64,000 nucleotides of DNA from assembly GCA_963762255.1 (NCBI GenBank), contig CAVXKA010000001.1, positions 1,391,222 through 1,455,221 on the forward strand. Reading direction: 5' to 3'. Each line of letters begins with the position of its first letter. The first letter of the stretch is position 1. Below, one piece after another: positions 29,601 through 41,988 of the stretch. Origin of the DNA: Candidatus Eiseniibacteriota bacterium (GTDB taxonomy: Bacteria; Eisenbacteria; RBG-16-71-46; JABDJR01). The notes beneath the pieces are model-generated. The model did not search any database. It saw only the letters and a list, made by a program, of their open reading frames with translations, and had not been told where the DNA came from. A program made the translations under genes and the position numbers.

Positions 29601-30665
29601 GGTCAGACGCTGCGCAGGGTGCTGGGCATCCTGCTTGAGAATGGGTATCCCAGAGCTGAAGACATTGCGATCAAGGAATTGAAGTACTGGCGATCGAAGG
29701 ACCCTGTGCCCAGGTCGATTGTGGCTGCTGCTGCTCTCCTGATGGACGGCGGGGGTCAAGCTTGGGGCGCAGTGATTCAGGTCGTGAAGGCTCACGCGAA
29801 TTGGGGAAAGAAACTGATGGCGTTCCTGTCGCAGAGCGCCTCCGGTCTCGACGTGGCTGTACCAGCCGACATGGATGAGGAGTCCCTCGCGGATCTCTAC
29901 TTGTGGTTGGGGCGGCACTTTGCGCAGGGGGATGAACCAGTTGCAGAAGGAGTCTCCGCCGATCCTTCAAGGATTGCTATTAGCCACTTCCGCGATCGGC
30001 TCTTGCGGAGCCTCCAGACCCAAGGTACAGAGGCGAGCGTGGAGGAGCTGGGGCGAATCGCAGATGAACTTCCTGATCACGAATGGGTGAGACTCATGGG
30101 AGTCGAGGCAAGGAGAATGGTGGCCGCCCGCGCTTGGGCCCCCCTCGCACCTGAAGCGGTTCTACGAATTGGCCGGAGAGGGTCTGATTCCGCGCTGGAG
30201 TCCGCCACTTGCCCGGTCGGCACACGCGCTAGTCTCCCGCTAGCTGGGTCTCCGTGCTGGGAGCTCCCGGGGCTAAAGTGGTCTGAGATCAGCATGGACT
30301 TCCTTGACGGTGAGACGGTCAGGATTCGCGCCCAGCACCTGGACTTGCGGGCGACGTTCGCTGAGATGGGATTCAAGGATGGTCGCAGTGCCCGCCCGAA
30401 CGCCAAGTGGCTCCTCCTGCAGGAGATCGCTGACAATAACGGATTCCTGCCCGGCGGGCGGGGGAAGAACCGGGCGGCGGAGAGACAGCGGAAGCACAAG
30501 CTAACCGAGCTACTAATGCAGTATTTCCGTGCCGAAGGGGATCCATTTGGGCTCTACGTCCGGAATCAAGGCTGGGAAGTTCAATTCAAAATCCGGCCCG
30601 AAGCGGGGAGGGGTGATTACTCACCCCCCCGGCGGATCCTTCCGAGCGAGATTGATGAAGATTGA
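26646..30665 (+). CDS. STAND/NACHT NTPase with long helical-repeat region and a distinct ~110 aa C-terminal domain (track start 26523)
   Basis: Walker A LILLGEPGLGKT, Walker B LFLDSFDE, RIASR, TPLTLNML, HKSFTEFLAA; C-terminal WSEISMDFLDG...EMGFKDGR...W.LL...GDPF...WEVQFKI; GGAG before ATG 26646. Confidence 0.8.
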   Translation: MMAADLIPWIRYWRRDETVVPLPASGFLSQEMLAQAASTGAVSTLRELTDVPCLILLGEPGLGKTRLIQQEERDLAAMLVPADESRYLDLGAYSNEARLWDALAQGTRTDPAPHVLHLFLDSFDECQSRIPNLGRLVVQFLRDHRTYLPRLRLRIASRTLDWPRTLEEDLRVLWDRGQVGLYHLLPLTQEDVRLAAEAASLNPNAFLQEIQAFRAEPLAATPLTLNMLLNVYCQTGTLGGSQAELFENGCLHLLEESHRAGGVDRSPLATQDRLEIATRIGAMLLFCGRVAVQMGAASIDSGSEDLRLTEIQGGHEEADGRKVAVTPEAVADALKSGLFVGVDDRRVVAQHKSFTEFLAARFLTKRGLKPEEALGCVTCKVGKKHTYVVPQLAPVASWLANLDGAILDRLVDLEPQVVLQSDSRLLDDNERARLVDALLGQLKAGEREQLHPEMGMYLQRLRHPGLAEQLRPTIVDHDNQWPARAAAIEIAEACVAHNLQDALVTVALGKDEIQHLRLLATHALATVGDERHLVRLLPLATGGAGDDPLDDLRARALRTLRGRGLLRGDDLFVCITLPSRPQLLGSYAFYLMHDLPESLEAAELPAALRWAIGMSDRAKLPHAIGELIQTILQRAADSPASLESEMALVVSNCIKNGTELKLSIEGPRRRAVLEDAIHRVPGRGADFYYLRRLLTDEDTGWISDCAANVVTGDEADKWFVLVRSLMRDGEARSSDEVIQLVATNPLMAAKFRAWVEPVELESPEAKRRRADYLELLNWERDSKAEEPRQATLEEVDACLARVLDRQESEGFNALLRLLELQDDGGTPGPIPELDPEEMDGWHQLDDDRRERVRLAAGAYLRKVSLAPSDWDQGVVPIGVDGYRALVLLGKDPRTLGGLPERVWTAWCPVILRLSPLGIGRGEAHTRVLQGVASVAREAFGEVVRGMVMRARGQGRDVTQLLVLKSCWNEELGQVLLDLAHDKETHGQTLRRVLGILLENGYPRAEDIAIKELKYWRSKDPVPRSIVAAAALLMDGGGQAWGAVIQVVKAHANWGKKLMAFLSQSASGLDVAVPADMDEESLADLYLWLGRHFAQGDEPVAEGVSADPSRIAISHFRDRLLRSLQTQGTEASVEELGRIADELPDHEWVRLMGVEARRMVAARAWAPLAPEAVLRIGRRGSDSALESATCPVGTRASLPLAGSPCWELPGLKWSEISMDFLDGETVRIRAQHLDLRATFAEMGFKDGRSARPNAKWLLLQEIADNNGFLPGGRGKNRAAERQRKHKLTELLMQYFRAEGDPFGLYVRNQGWEVQFKIRPEAGRGDYSPPRRILPSEIDED

Positions 30666-30757
30666 GTTGATTGCTGCTCAAGTACTTATGAATTCACTCT
30701 GATCTTTTTCTCCGCCCGAAACCCGCCCAGCGTGACTTCTAACCGCCTCCCTATGAA

Positions 30758-31096
30758 ATGACCGATGAACGGTTCGGGAAGTCAACCAGCCTCGACAGCA
30801 AGCGCGCAAAGCTCACGCTGAGCCGCTGCGTCGGGCATCTGGATGAGGTAGGAGACAACTGGCCCCAGGTTCAGCTGATGCTGACGAAGCTAGTTGCTCG
30901 TGCAGCGCTGGCGAGGTGCTCCCCGAATCGAGAGTGTTCATCCGAGGCCGAAGCGGCACATTCCGGGCCGTCCGCGGCCGCCGCGGCGGTGACGGGCGCT
31001 CCACCCGCAAGCGTGGGCGGCCCGGGATCAATTGGAGAATCGGAGCATGAACGAACTCTTGAACAGCGCCCTCGCGCACTTGAACCTGACCGGTAA
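30758..31096 (+). CDS. Small hypothetical protein upstream of the primase
   Basis: ATG ORF in the position where such elements often carry a small replication/excision gene; no motif recognised. Confidence 0.3.
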   Translation: MTDERFGKSTSLDSKRAKLTLSRCVGHLDEVGDNWPQVQLMLTKLVARAALARCSPNRECSSEAEAAHSGPSAAAAAVTGAPPASVGGPGSIGESEHERTLEQRPRALEPDR

Positions 31097-33454
31097 GAGA
31101 ACCCCTGACGGTCGGCACATTGCCTGGTGCCCATTCCATCCCGATGGGCAGGGGACGCCGCCGCATCAGGCGAATCTCCTGGTCTCCGACCGGGGCTTCA
31201 TTTGCCACGCATGCGGGGCGCAAGGAAGTCTTCGGGACTTAGCGGGGCGGTTGGAGATTCCGACCAGCGCCGCAGAAGTGGTCTACGTCTACCAGGACGC
31301 TGACGGCAATGACAAGTTCCGGATCGTCCGGCGGGCCGGCAAGAAGTTCTCAGTTCAACATCGCAACAAGAGCGGTGGATGGAGCAAGGGCCTCGGGCCT
31401 GCCGTCCGTGTCATCTACCGGCTGCCCGAGATCCTGAAGTCCGAGTCCAACGTCCCGGTCTTCATTGTTGAGGGCGAGAAGGACGCTGACCGACTCGCTG
31501 CGAATGGCCGCATCGCCACCACCAACCCCTTTGGTGCCGGCAAGTGGCGGCCTGAGTACAACGAGCCGCTGCGGGATCGCAACGTGATCATCATCCCCGA
31601 CAACGATGAGGCGGGTCGAAACCACGCCATAGTCGTCGCGCAGTCCCTCACTGGGGTGGCCAAGTCCATCAAGGTCGTTGCGTTGCCAGACCTCGACGAG
31701 AAAGGTGACGTTTCGGACTGGCTGAATGCTGGTCACACGATCGAGGACCTCGACCGCGTGGTCGAGGCATCTCCCGTCTGGACAGCGGACGAAGGAGAAG
31801 AAGCTTCGCCGATGGGGGTCCGCGACGGCGACCCGAAAGACCTCGTGCGGACGCTCCTGGACGAGGGCATCGAGCTGTTCCACGACCAATTCAAGGTTCC
31901 CCACGCCCGGGTTCCCGTGGATGGACATTGGGAGAACTGCGCTCTGGGGGATTTCGGCTTCAAGCGGTGGGCGGCTCTCCGATACTACGAACGCACCGGG
32001 AAGATGCTGCAACGAGACAAGTTCAGCGCAGCCCTGCTCGTGCTCGAGGCCAAGGCTGCCAACGAAGCGCCCCAGCGAGAACTTCACACTCGCGTAGCCA
32101 ACTTCGAAGGCGCGATCTGGTACGACTTGTCCGATCGGGACTGGAGATGCGTGCGCATTGCGCCGGATGGTTGGGAAGTCGTCTCTGACCCGCCGATCCT
32201 CTTCCGGCGGTGGCCTCACCAGCAGCCGCAGGTCGAGCCTGTCCGCGGTGGATCCCTCGGGAACATCTTCAACTTCTTGCCCCTGTCGCGAGCGGAGTGG
32301 GAGACGTTGCTTCTGCCCTACCTGGTGGCCTGTCTGGTGCCTGACATCCCGCATCCAATCCTAGCTACGTTTGGCCCGAACGGCGCCGGGAAGAGCACGA
32401 TCAGTCGCATCTTCAAGATCTTGATCGACCCGTCCACGCTGGCAACTCTGGCCTTTGGAACTGACCAAGCGGGACTCGTTCAGCAACTCTCTCACCACTA
32501 CTACGCGTGCTATGACAACGTGTCGGCGCTCCCGGATTGGGCGAGCGACTTCCTGTGCCGAGCATCTACTGGAGAGGGATTCACGAAGCGCGGTCTGTAC
32601 ACGAACGACGAGGACTTCATCTACGCCTACCGGCGCTGCGCGAGTCTCAACGGGCTGAACCTCGTCGTTCTGAAGCCCGACCTGCTGGATCGAACGATCC
32701 TGGTGCACGTGGAAGGGATCGGAAAGACGGAACGGCGGGAGGAGAAGGAGTTCTGGACGCAATTCGAGAGCGTGAGAGCCCGGCTTCTGGGAGCGGTCTT
32801 CGACGCGCTGAGCGTCGCCATGAAGGTCAAGACTGCTCAGAAGCACAAGGATCTTCCCCGCATGGCCGACTTCGCGGCGTGGGGAGCCGCTGCCGCCGAA
32901 GCCATCGGCATTGGCAGCCAGACCTTCCTGGACCACTACGCTCGCGACGAGGGCGCCCGCATCGAGGAGCTGATCTGCGAGGACCCTCTGGCACTGGCGA
33001 TCGTTGAACTCGTGCGGGCTCGGGGGTCATGGAGTGGCCTCGCGAGCGAGCTTCTCAAGGAAGTGAAGAGGTGGGGCCACATGGAGAACGCCGACCAGCA
33101 CGATGCCCGTTGGCCCAAGACCCCCAATCGCCTGTCCGCCCGACTGAACGAACTTCAGGCCAGTCTGGGCAAGGCCGGGGTGGAGTACCGCGGTCGTCGG
33201 ACCAACCAGGGGAAGTGGATCGATCTTCGCCCCCTCGACGTGCCCGCTAGCCCAGGAACGCCCGGCAAGGACGGTGACGGTCTTCGTGGGGGATCGTCAC
33301 CTCGAACTGCGGGGGGATCGTCACTCCGTAACAAGTTGACTGGCAACGTGTTAAGCGGTAACTGTGGTTTGAGTGACGATGATGACGATCCTTCTGCCCC
33401 CACTGGTGGCTCGGCTTCACGCAGCGACTCACCCCGGATGGGGGCCTTGGGGAA

Positions 33455-33458
<4 letters not shown>
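31047..33458 (+). CDS. DNA primase-helicase (CHC2-type Zn finger, Toprim, P-loop)
   Basis: CPFH...CHAC; VFIVEGEKDADRL; IIPDNDEAG; GPNGAGKST; GGAG before ATG 31047. Confidence 0.85.
33274..33392. repeat. Iteron-like repeat array (candidate origin) in the primase 3' end
   Basis: GTGACGGT 33274, ATCGTCAC 33293 and 33317, an AT-richer spacer, then inverted GTGACGAT 33373 and ATGACGAT 33382. Confidence 0.6.
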
Positions 33459-35194
<1,736 letters not shown>

Positions 35195-35220
35195 ACCGTA
35201 AACTGTTCAATGGGCGAGTG

Positions 35221-35249
35221 ACACTATCAGGGGTCCTCGGGAGCGTCAA
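35221..35249 (-). promoter_or_regulatory. Sigma70-type promoter for the tRNA
   Basis: TTGACG-N17-TAGTGT on the minus strand. Confidence 0.65.
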
Positions 35250-35706
35250 GCCCCGCGTCCGAGGCCTCCGGAGCCGCCGCCGGCGGTGCCGCCATCGCCG
35301 GGCCCTCGGCGGGCGCCTCGTCATCCTCGAACCGGTAAATCTTCTCGTCGGGGCCCACCATCATGTACTTCTCGCGGGCCACCTTCTCGAGGCTGAACGG
35401 ATCGTTCTCCTTGAGCAGCACTTCCTGCTCGAGTTGGCTCCGTTCGTTCCGCAGCTTCGCCGCCTCCGCCTGCACCGTGGCGAGTTCCTTCTTCACCTGC
35501 GCCTTGCGGATGAGGCCGCGCTCACCGGCCACGAAATTCGCGACATACACGGCGAACACGACGGCCACCAATCCCCAGCGGAAGCGGGGAGGCAGGGAGA
35601 AGCCGCGCCCTTGGTAGCCCAAGCGCAGATAGCGGTATCGGACGGGGTCCAATCGAGTCGGGTGGGGAACCAACCGAGCCCTCCTTGGTGGTTCGCCCTC
35701 GCACAC
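35227..35706 (-). CDS. ftsB: Septum formation initiator (FtsB/DivIC) family protein
   Basis: TM, GERG, coiled coil, EKVAREKYMMVGPDEKIY; directly downstream of eno. Confidence 0.8.
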   Translation of the reverse strand: MCEGEPPRRARLVPHPTRLDPVRYRYLRLGYQGRGFSLPPRFRWGLVAVVFAVYVANFVAGERGLIRKAQVKKELATVQAEAAKLRNERSQLEQEVLLKENDPFSLEKVAREKYMMVGPDEKIYRFEDDEAPAEGPAMAAPPAAAPEASDAGLDAPEDP

Positions 35707-35833
35707 GCGAAGTGAGCCGGACTATACGCCGGAGCACGACGGCGGGGCAAGCAGTGACGCCTGCCCCGCGTCGTTCCTCACGAAGACGCGCGCAGTGTAT
35801 CGGCGCGCCGCCGCAAGCTGACCGGCGCTCCGC

Positions 35834-37342
<1,509 letters not shown>

Positions 37343-37400
37343 CTAGTTTCGCCGGGCTGTGTGGGGGAGACCCGCATCCGATTTCGGGGCAAGACCTTCC

Positions 37401-37428
37401 TGCAACCCGGCCTCGGGCGGGCCCGTAA
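37401..37428 (+). promoter_or_regulatory. ECF-type promoter candidate upstream of the sigma gene
   Basis: TGCAAC-N17-CGTAA, resembling SigW/SigM-class AAC/CGT promoters. Confidence 0.4.
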
Positions 37429-37455
37429 TACGGTCGCAAGTGAAGGACGCGCGAG

Positions 37456-38049
37456 TTGACGGAAGACCCGAGGGAAGATCGGGACCTGGTCCTCAGGTGC
37501 TTGAAGAACGACCAGGCCGCTTACCGTCGGCTCCTGGAAAAGTATCGGCGTCCGGTTTACGGGATCGTCCGGCGGATGATCCCCGACGACGAGGACGCGC
37601 GGGATCTTTCCCAGGAATCCTTCATCCGCGCGTTTCGCAGCCTGGATCAGTTCGATCCGGAGCGGCGATTTTCGAGTTGGCTCTTTCGTATCGCGCACAA
37701 CCTCTGCATCGATCACTACCGCCGGCGAAAGCTGGACACGGTGCCGATGGTGCGACGCGATGACGGAGAAGAATCGACATGGGATCTCCCCGATACGACG
37801 CCGGGACCTGGAATGGAGTTCTCCGACCGGGAACGCGGCCGTAGGCTGCTCGCTGCGGTGGAGTCGCTGCCGCCGGCGTATCGGTCGGTGATCGTCCTGC
37901 GTCATCAGCAGGGGCTCGCCTACGAGGAGATCGCCGAGGTGATGGAGCTTCCGCTCGGCACGATCAAGGCCCGCATTCACAGGGCCCATCGGTTGCTGAA
38001 AGAAAAGCTCGTACGGCAGGGGCTCGACTGGCTCCCTGAGGAAAGCTGA
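37456..38049 (+). CDS. ECF RNA polymerase sigma factor
   Basis: DARDLSQESFIRAFRSL...FSSWLFRIAHNLCID; region 4 LAYEEIAEVMELPLGTIKARIHRA. Confidence 0.95.
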   Translation: MTEDPREDRDLVLRCLKNDQAAYRRLLEKYRRPVYGIVRRMIPDDEDARDLSQESFIRAFRSLDQFDPERRFSSWLFRIAHNLCIDHYRRRKLDTVPMVRRDDGEESTWDLPDTTPGPGMEFSDRERGRRLLAAVESLPPAYRSVIVLRHQQGLAYEEIAEVMELPLGTIKARIHRAHRLLKEKLVRQGLDWLPEES

Positions 38050-38056
38050 ACGGATC

Positions 38057-38692
38057 ATGAAGGGCACTCACGAACCTGCACATCCGGACCACCGGGTCCT
38101 CGAGCGCTACCTCGACGAGGAACTCCCCGCGAGCGAGCGGGAGTTCGTCGAGACACACCTTCATGCCTGCGCGGGCTGCAGGCGCGAACTGCGCGCGTAC
38201 CAGGTCTTCCTGGGCGAACTCGACCGCCTGCCGCGCCCCGAGCTTCCCGCCGGATTCGACGTTCGCATCCTCGACGCCGTCCTGCCGCGCCACGAGGACG
38301 CCTCGCTCATCCACCTTGTCACCAGAGCCTACGGCATCCTCGCCGCGATCCTCGGCGCGATCGTGCTGGGCGTGCTTGCGGTTGCGGGTCCGGGACCGAT
38401 CCGCGGGGTCGCCACCGGGGCCGTGGTCGAAGGCGTGAACGGCGTGCTGGGCGTCTTCGGTGCGCTGGGGGCGGGGACCGTCAACCTCCTTCGCGCGATC
38501 GACGATCTCGTGCCGCTCGCCGACGCCGTTGCGGCGATTCTCCGTAGCCTCGAGACCGTGGCCACCGCGACCCTCGCCCCTCAGGTGCTCCTGGTCACGG
38601 TGCTCACGATGATGCTCGCGACTCTCGTCCTGGTCTGGGCCATGTCGCCGGCCCGGGAAAGGGGTGTTCCTCATGTCTCTCTCTCTCTCTAG
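38057..38692 (+). CDS. Zinc-finger (zf-HC2) anti-sigma factor with TM segments
   Basis: HLHACAGC (HxxxCxxC) followed by hydrophobic helices. Confidence 0.9.
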   Translation: MKGTHEPAHPDHRVLERYLDEELPASEREFVETHLHACAGCRRELRAYQVFLGELDRLPRPELPAGFDVRILDAVLPRHEDASLIHLVTRAYGILAAILGAIVLGVLAVAGPGPIRGVATGAVVEGVNGVLGVFGALGAGTVNLLRAIDDLVPLADAVAAILRSLETVATATLAPQVLLVTVLTMMLATLVLVWAMSPARERGVPHVSLSL

Positions 38693-39848
38693 GTTGACCC
38701 CCGCGCGCACCGCAGGGTTGCTGCTTCTGTGCGGAGCGATGACCGCGCTTCCGGGTCTCGCGCAGGAGACGGGCTCCACATCCGCATCGACGGACACCTC
38801 CCGAGGCGAGCACCGGCTACGCAAGATCACGCTCAATCTGGCCGACAAGGACACGAGCCTGGCTACGGTGACCATCGATCTCGACAACGAGATGACGACC
38901 AAGTCGGCCGACCACGTCCGGTTCGGAGAGAGCATCCACGTTCGTGCGGATGAGCGCATCGACGGCGACGTGGTCTCGATCGGCGGCAAGGTTGTTGTCG
39001 AGGGCGAGGTGACCGGCGACGCGGTGGCCGTCGGCGGTCGGGTCGAAATCGCGGACGGGGCGAAGGTGCAGGGGGACGTTGTCTCGGTCGGTGGCAGCGT
39101 TTCGATCGGGGACTCCGCCCAGGTCTTCGGCGATGCGGTGAGCGTATGGGGGGGATTGGACATTGCCTCGACCGCGAAGGTCTCCGGCGAGCAGGTCCAG
39201 GTGGGGGGACTTGGGTTCGCGCCCAAGATGGGACTTCCCTTCGGCATCGCGAAGCACGACTCGGGGCATGATGTCTGGAGCTTCGTGGGGCGCGCCGTCT
39301 GGGCACTGGTGCTCACGGGTCTTGGTGTCCTCGCCTACACCCTCTTCCCGGCACGGATGCGGCGCCTCTCAGGCACCTGCGAGTCGCGAGGGTTTGTTGC
39401 ATTCCTCGCCGGCTTCGCCGGGCTCATCCTCTGGTTGCCGGCCTTCATCCTCCTCTGCGTGACCATCATCGGGATCCCGGTGGCGCTCCTTCTCATCTTC
39501 TTGACACCGGTTGCCATGCTCCTTGGATACCTCGCGGTGGCGGAGGCTGCCGGGCGGCGCCTGCTGCGCGGACGCAGCGCCTCCGCACCCAGCATAGCGA
39601 TGACGATCGGCGCGGGCGTCCTGGCTCTGGAGGGGATCCTGCTCGTCTCGCGGCTCCTGGGGGTCTTCGGATCCTCGTTCGGTGTGCTCGGTTCGATTCT
39701 CGGCCTGATCGGTTGGTCCGTGATCGCCATAGCGGCGACCATAGGCTTCGGCGCATTCCTCATGACGCGATTCCGCGCCGAGCGCGAGCCGATCGTGCCC
39801 GCCGCTACGACCGTCCCCCCGAGCCCGACGCCTCCACCGGCGTTCTAG
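38673..39848 (+). CDS. Polymer-forming (bactofilin-like) beta-helix plus multi-TM membrane protein
   Basis: Repeats GDVVSIGG / GDAVAVGG / GDVVSVGG, then about six TM helices. Confidence 0.85.
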   Translation: MSLSLSRLTPARTAGLLLLCGAMTALPGLAQETGSTSASTDTSRGEHRLRKITLNLADKDTSLATVTIDLDNEMTTKSADHVRFGESIHVRADERIDGDVVSIGGKVVVEGEVTGDAVAVGGRVEIADGAKVQGDVVSVGGSVSIGDSAQVFGDAVSVWGGLDIASTAKVSGEQVQVGGLGFAPKMGLPFGIAKHDSGHDVWSFVGRAVWALVLTGLGVLAYTLFPARMRRLSGTCESRGFVAFLAGFAGLILWLPAFILLCVTIIGIPVALLLIFLTPVAMLLGYLAVAEAAGRRLLRGRSASAPSIAMTIGAGVLALEGILLVSRLLGVFGSSFGVLGSILGLIGWSVIAIAATIGFGAFLMTRFRAEREPIVPAATTVPPSPTPPPAF

Positions 39849-39857
39849 GCGTCGCAC

Positions 39858-40700
39858 ATGCTATCGCGCCGGGTTTCGCTTGCCCGAGTGGCGGCACTTG
39901 CCGTCCTCGCGGCGGGCGCTGGCGGGCCGGCCACGCTCGGCGCTGCGGTGATCGATGTCCCGCACCAGGAGCGGACGATCGCCTCGGCGATGCTCCGCGC
40001 CTCGCCGGGCGACACGATCACTGTCGAACCCGGTCGCTACTTCGGTCCCATCACGCTCAAGTCCAACGTGCGTCTCGTCGGCGTGCGCGGTCCCGCCCAG
40101 ACCACGCTGATCCTGGATGCGCCGGAGCCTGTGTTGCGGTCCTTCGGCGGGGGCCCCGCCACCGCCCTCGTCGGTTTCACCCTCCGCGGATCGGGGACGG
40201 GGGTCGAGATCGGAATGGGTGCGGTTCAGATCTGGGACTGCCGATTCGAAGGCGAGCTTGCGGTGGGGCTGCTCTGCTCCACGGGAAGCAGCGCCCGCGT
40301 CTTCGCCTGCGAGTTCGAGGATCTGCCGGCCGGCGTCGAAGTCCGGCCCGGCGCCGATCTGCTCATGATGCGCAACGTCCTGACCGGGAACACGGTGGGA
40401 TTGCGGATAGGCGCAGAACACGTGCGCGTGTATCGCAATGAGTTCGTGAGGAACGACGTCGCCATCGATGTGATGGAAGCGGGAGCCGCGGAGGTGGGAG
40501 GGGCGCTCCGCGAGGCGAACCTGTTCCTCGGGAGCCGAAGCCTCTCCCTGCGCAATCGAGGGCAGAAACCGCTCGTAGCCACCCTCAACTATTGGGGTAC
40601 GATAGACTGTGACAGCGTGGCGGCGAGGGTGGAGGGGCCGGTGGTCTATCTCCCCATGGCGGTGGAGAGCCGCGCGGACAGTCTGGGCGCCTGCCCCTAG
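39858..40700 (+). CDS. Secreted right-handed beta-helix (NosD/pectin-lyase-like) protein
   Basis: Signal peptide; PGDTITVEPGRY, FTLRG, NxG-type repeats, NYWG. Confidence 0.8.
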   Translation: MLSRRVSLARVAALAVLAAGAGGPATLGAAVIDVPHQERTIASAMLRASPGDTITVEPGRYFGPITLKSNVRLVGVRGPAQTTLILDAPEPVLRSFGGGPATALVGFTLRGSGTGVEIGMGAVQIWDCRFEGELAVGLLCSTGSSARVFACEFEDLPAGVEVRPGADLLMMRNVLTGNTVGLRIGAEHVRVYRNEFVRNDVAIDVMEAGAAEVGGALREANLFLGSRSLSLRNRGQKPLVATLNYWGTIDCDSVAARVEGPVVYLPMAVESRADSLGACP

Positions 40701-40871
40701 ATCTGCGAACCCTCACCCAGGGAATTGGGTCAAATCTCTCTTCAGGCTGCTGTCAACCACGCCAGCCGGCGCGCGTGCGAGCGACCCACCGAGCGACTAT
40801 CTTCATTCCGAGCAATGGACTACGGGCATTTCCCGCGCTCCCTGCTCGGGCGTCCGAGGGTGCATTCTGCA

Positions 40872-40887
40872 TGGCACACGACTTGCG
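40872..40887 (+). promoter_or_regulatory. Sigma54 -24/-12 promoter
   Basis: TGGCAC-ACGAC-TTGCG, 13 nt before ATG 40900. Confidence 0.75.
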
Positions 40888-40899
40888 GATAGGGAGGGC

Positions 40900-41943
40900 A
40901 TGACGGTGCAGCGCGTCCCCTCTATCAGCCTCTCGTTCACCAGCGCCTCGCGCGGGCGAGGCCCGCGTCGAGCGATCCTCGCTGCCGTCGCGGGTCTGGT
41001 CCTTGCGGCCCCTGCTGCCGCCGCGGTGACCGTTCATACCCCCGATGAGGTTCTCGCGCGGTGGACGGTGCGCTCCGGGGACGCGCTCTATTTTCGCGGC
41101 CCCCACGACGAGAGCTGGGCCTTCATCACCGACATCAATGATCCGGCGATTCTCAATCGGGGGCAGGGAGCGTTCTTCCCGGTCGATCCGACCCTGGTGC
41201 AGGAAGCGCTCGACGCCGTGACCTTCCCGATCTCCAACTTGACGGTGGACGTCTACATTCTTCCTTATCCCCGCCGGGACCTCATCCCTTCGAGCGCGAA
41301 CGGGAACTCCGTGTTCCTCTCGCCGGGAGTGGCCCCGGTTTCTGTCAACCATGTGCACGCGCTGGTCGGGCACGAACTGGGTCACGTGGTTCACAACGAG
41401 CTCCTGCCCGACGACGAGGGGCCGGAGTGGGCGAAGTACCGGCAGATCAGAGGCATCGAGGACACGTCGATCTACAACGACGGCGCCATGCACCGGAACC
41501 GCCCACACGAGATCTTCGCCGAGGACTTCCGGTATCTGTTCGGGGGCGCCGAGGCCAACTACTCCAACAGCATCGAGAACCCGAACCTGCCGTTGCCGTC
41601 TCATGTACCCGGGCTCCGGGATTTCATGTTCGCGTTGAGCGGCGCGTCGACCGTGGGCCAGGAGCCCTTCGAGTCGCCGTCCCTCGCCCTCTATCCCAAT
41701 CCCGCCCGCGCGCGGGTCTCGATCGCGCTCGACTCGGCGGTCCCGGTCGACGGGCGACCGGTGACGGTCAGCATCTTCGACGTGACCGGACGACTGGTGG
41801 CCCACCGGGATCATCCTTCCGATCTCCGGATGGAATGGGACGGGCGCCTCGATGAAGGCGGCCTCGCCGGCGCCGGAGTCTACTTCGTACGGGTCCGGCG
41901 CGGCACCGAGTCCTACACCGGCCGCATCCTCATCGCTCGCTGA
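40900..41943 (+). CDS. Secreted zincin-like metallopeptidase with a FlgD/T9SS-like C-terminal domain
   Basis: HELGH, EIFAEDF; LYPNP...IFDVTGRLV...WDG...GVYFVRV. Confidence 0.85.
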   Translation: MTVQRVPSISLSFTSASRGRGPRRAILAAVAGLVLAAPAAAAVTVHTPDEVLARWTVRSGDALYFRGPHDESWAFITDINDPAILNRGQGAFFPVDPTLVQEALDAVTFPISNLTVDVYILPYPRRDLIPSSANGNSVFLSPGVAPVSVNHVHALVGHELGHVVHNELLPDDEGPEWAKYRQIRGIEDTSIYNDGAMHRNRPHEIFAEDFRYLFGGAEANYSNSIENPNLPLPSHVPGLRDFMFALSGASTVGQEPFESPSLALYPNPARARVSIALDSAVPVDGRPVTVSIFDVTGRLVAHRDHPSDLRMEWDGRLDEGGLAGAGVYFVRVRRGTESYTGRILIAR

Positions 41944-41988
41944 CCGGGTTCTCGAAAGGTCGCCGGCCCTCGCGGCGATCCAACTCCG

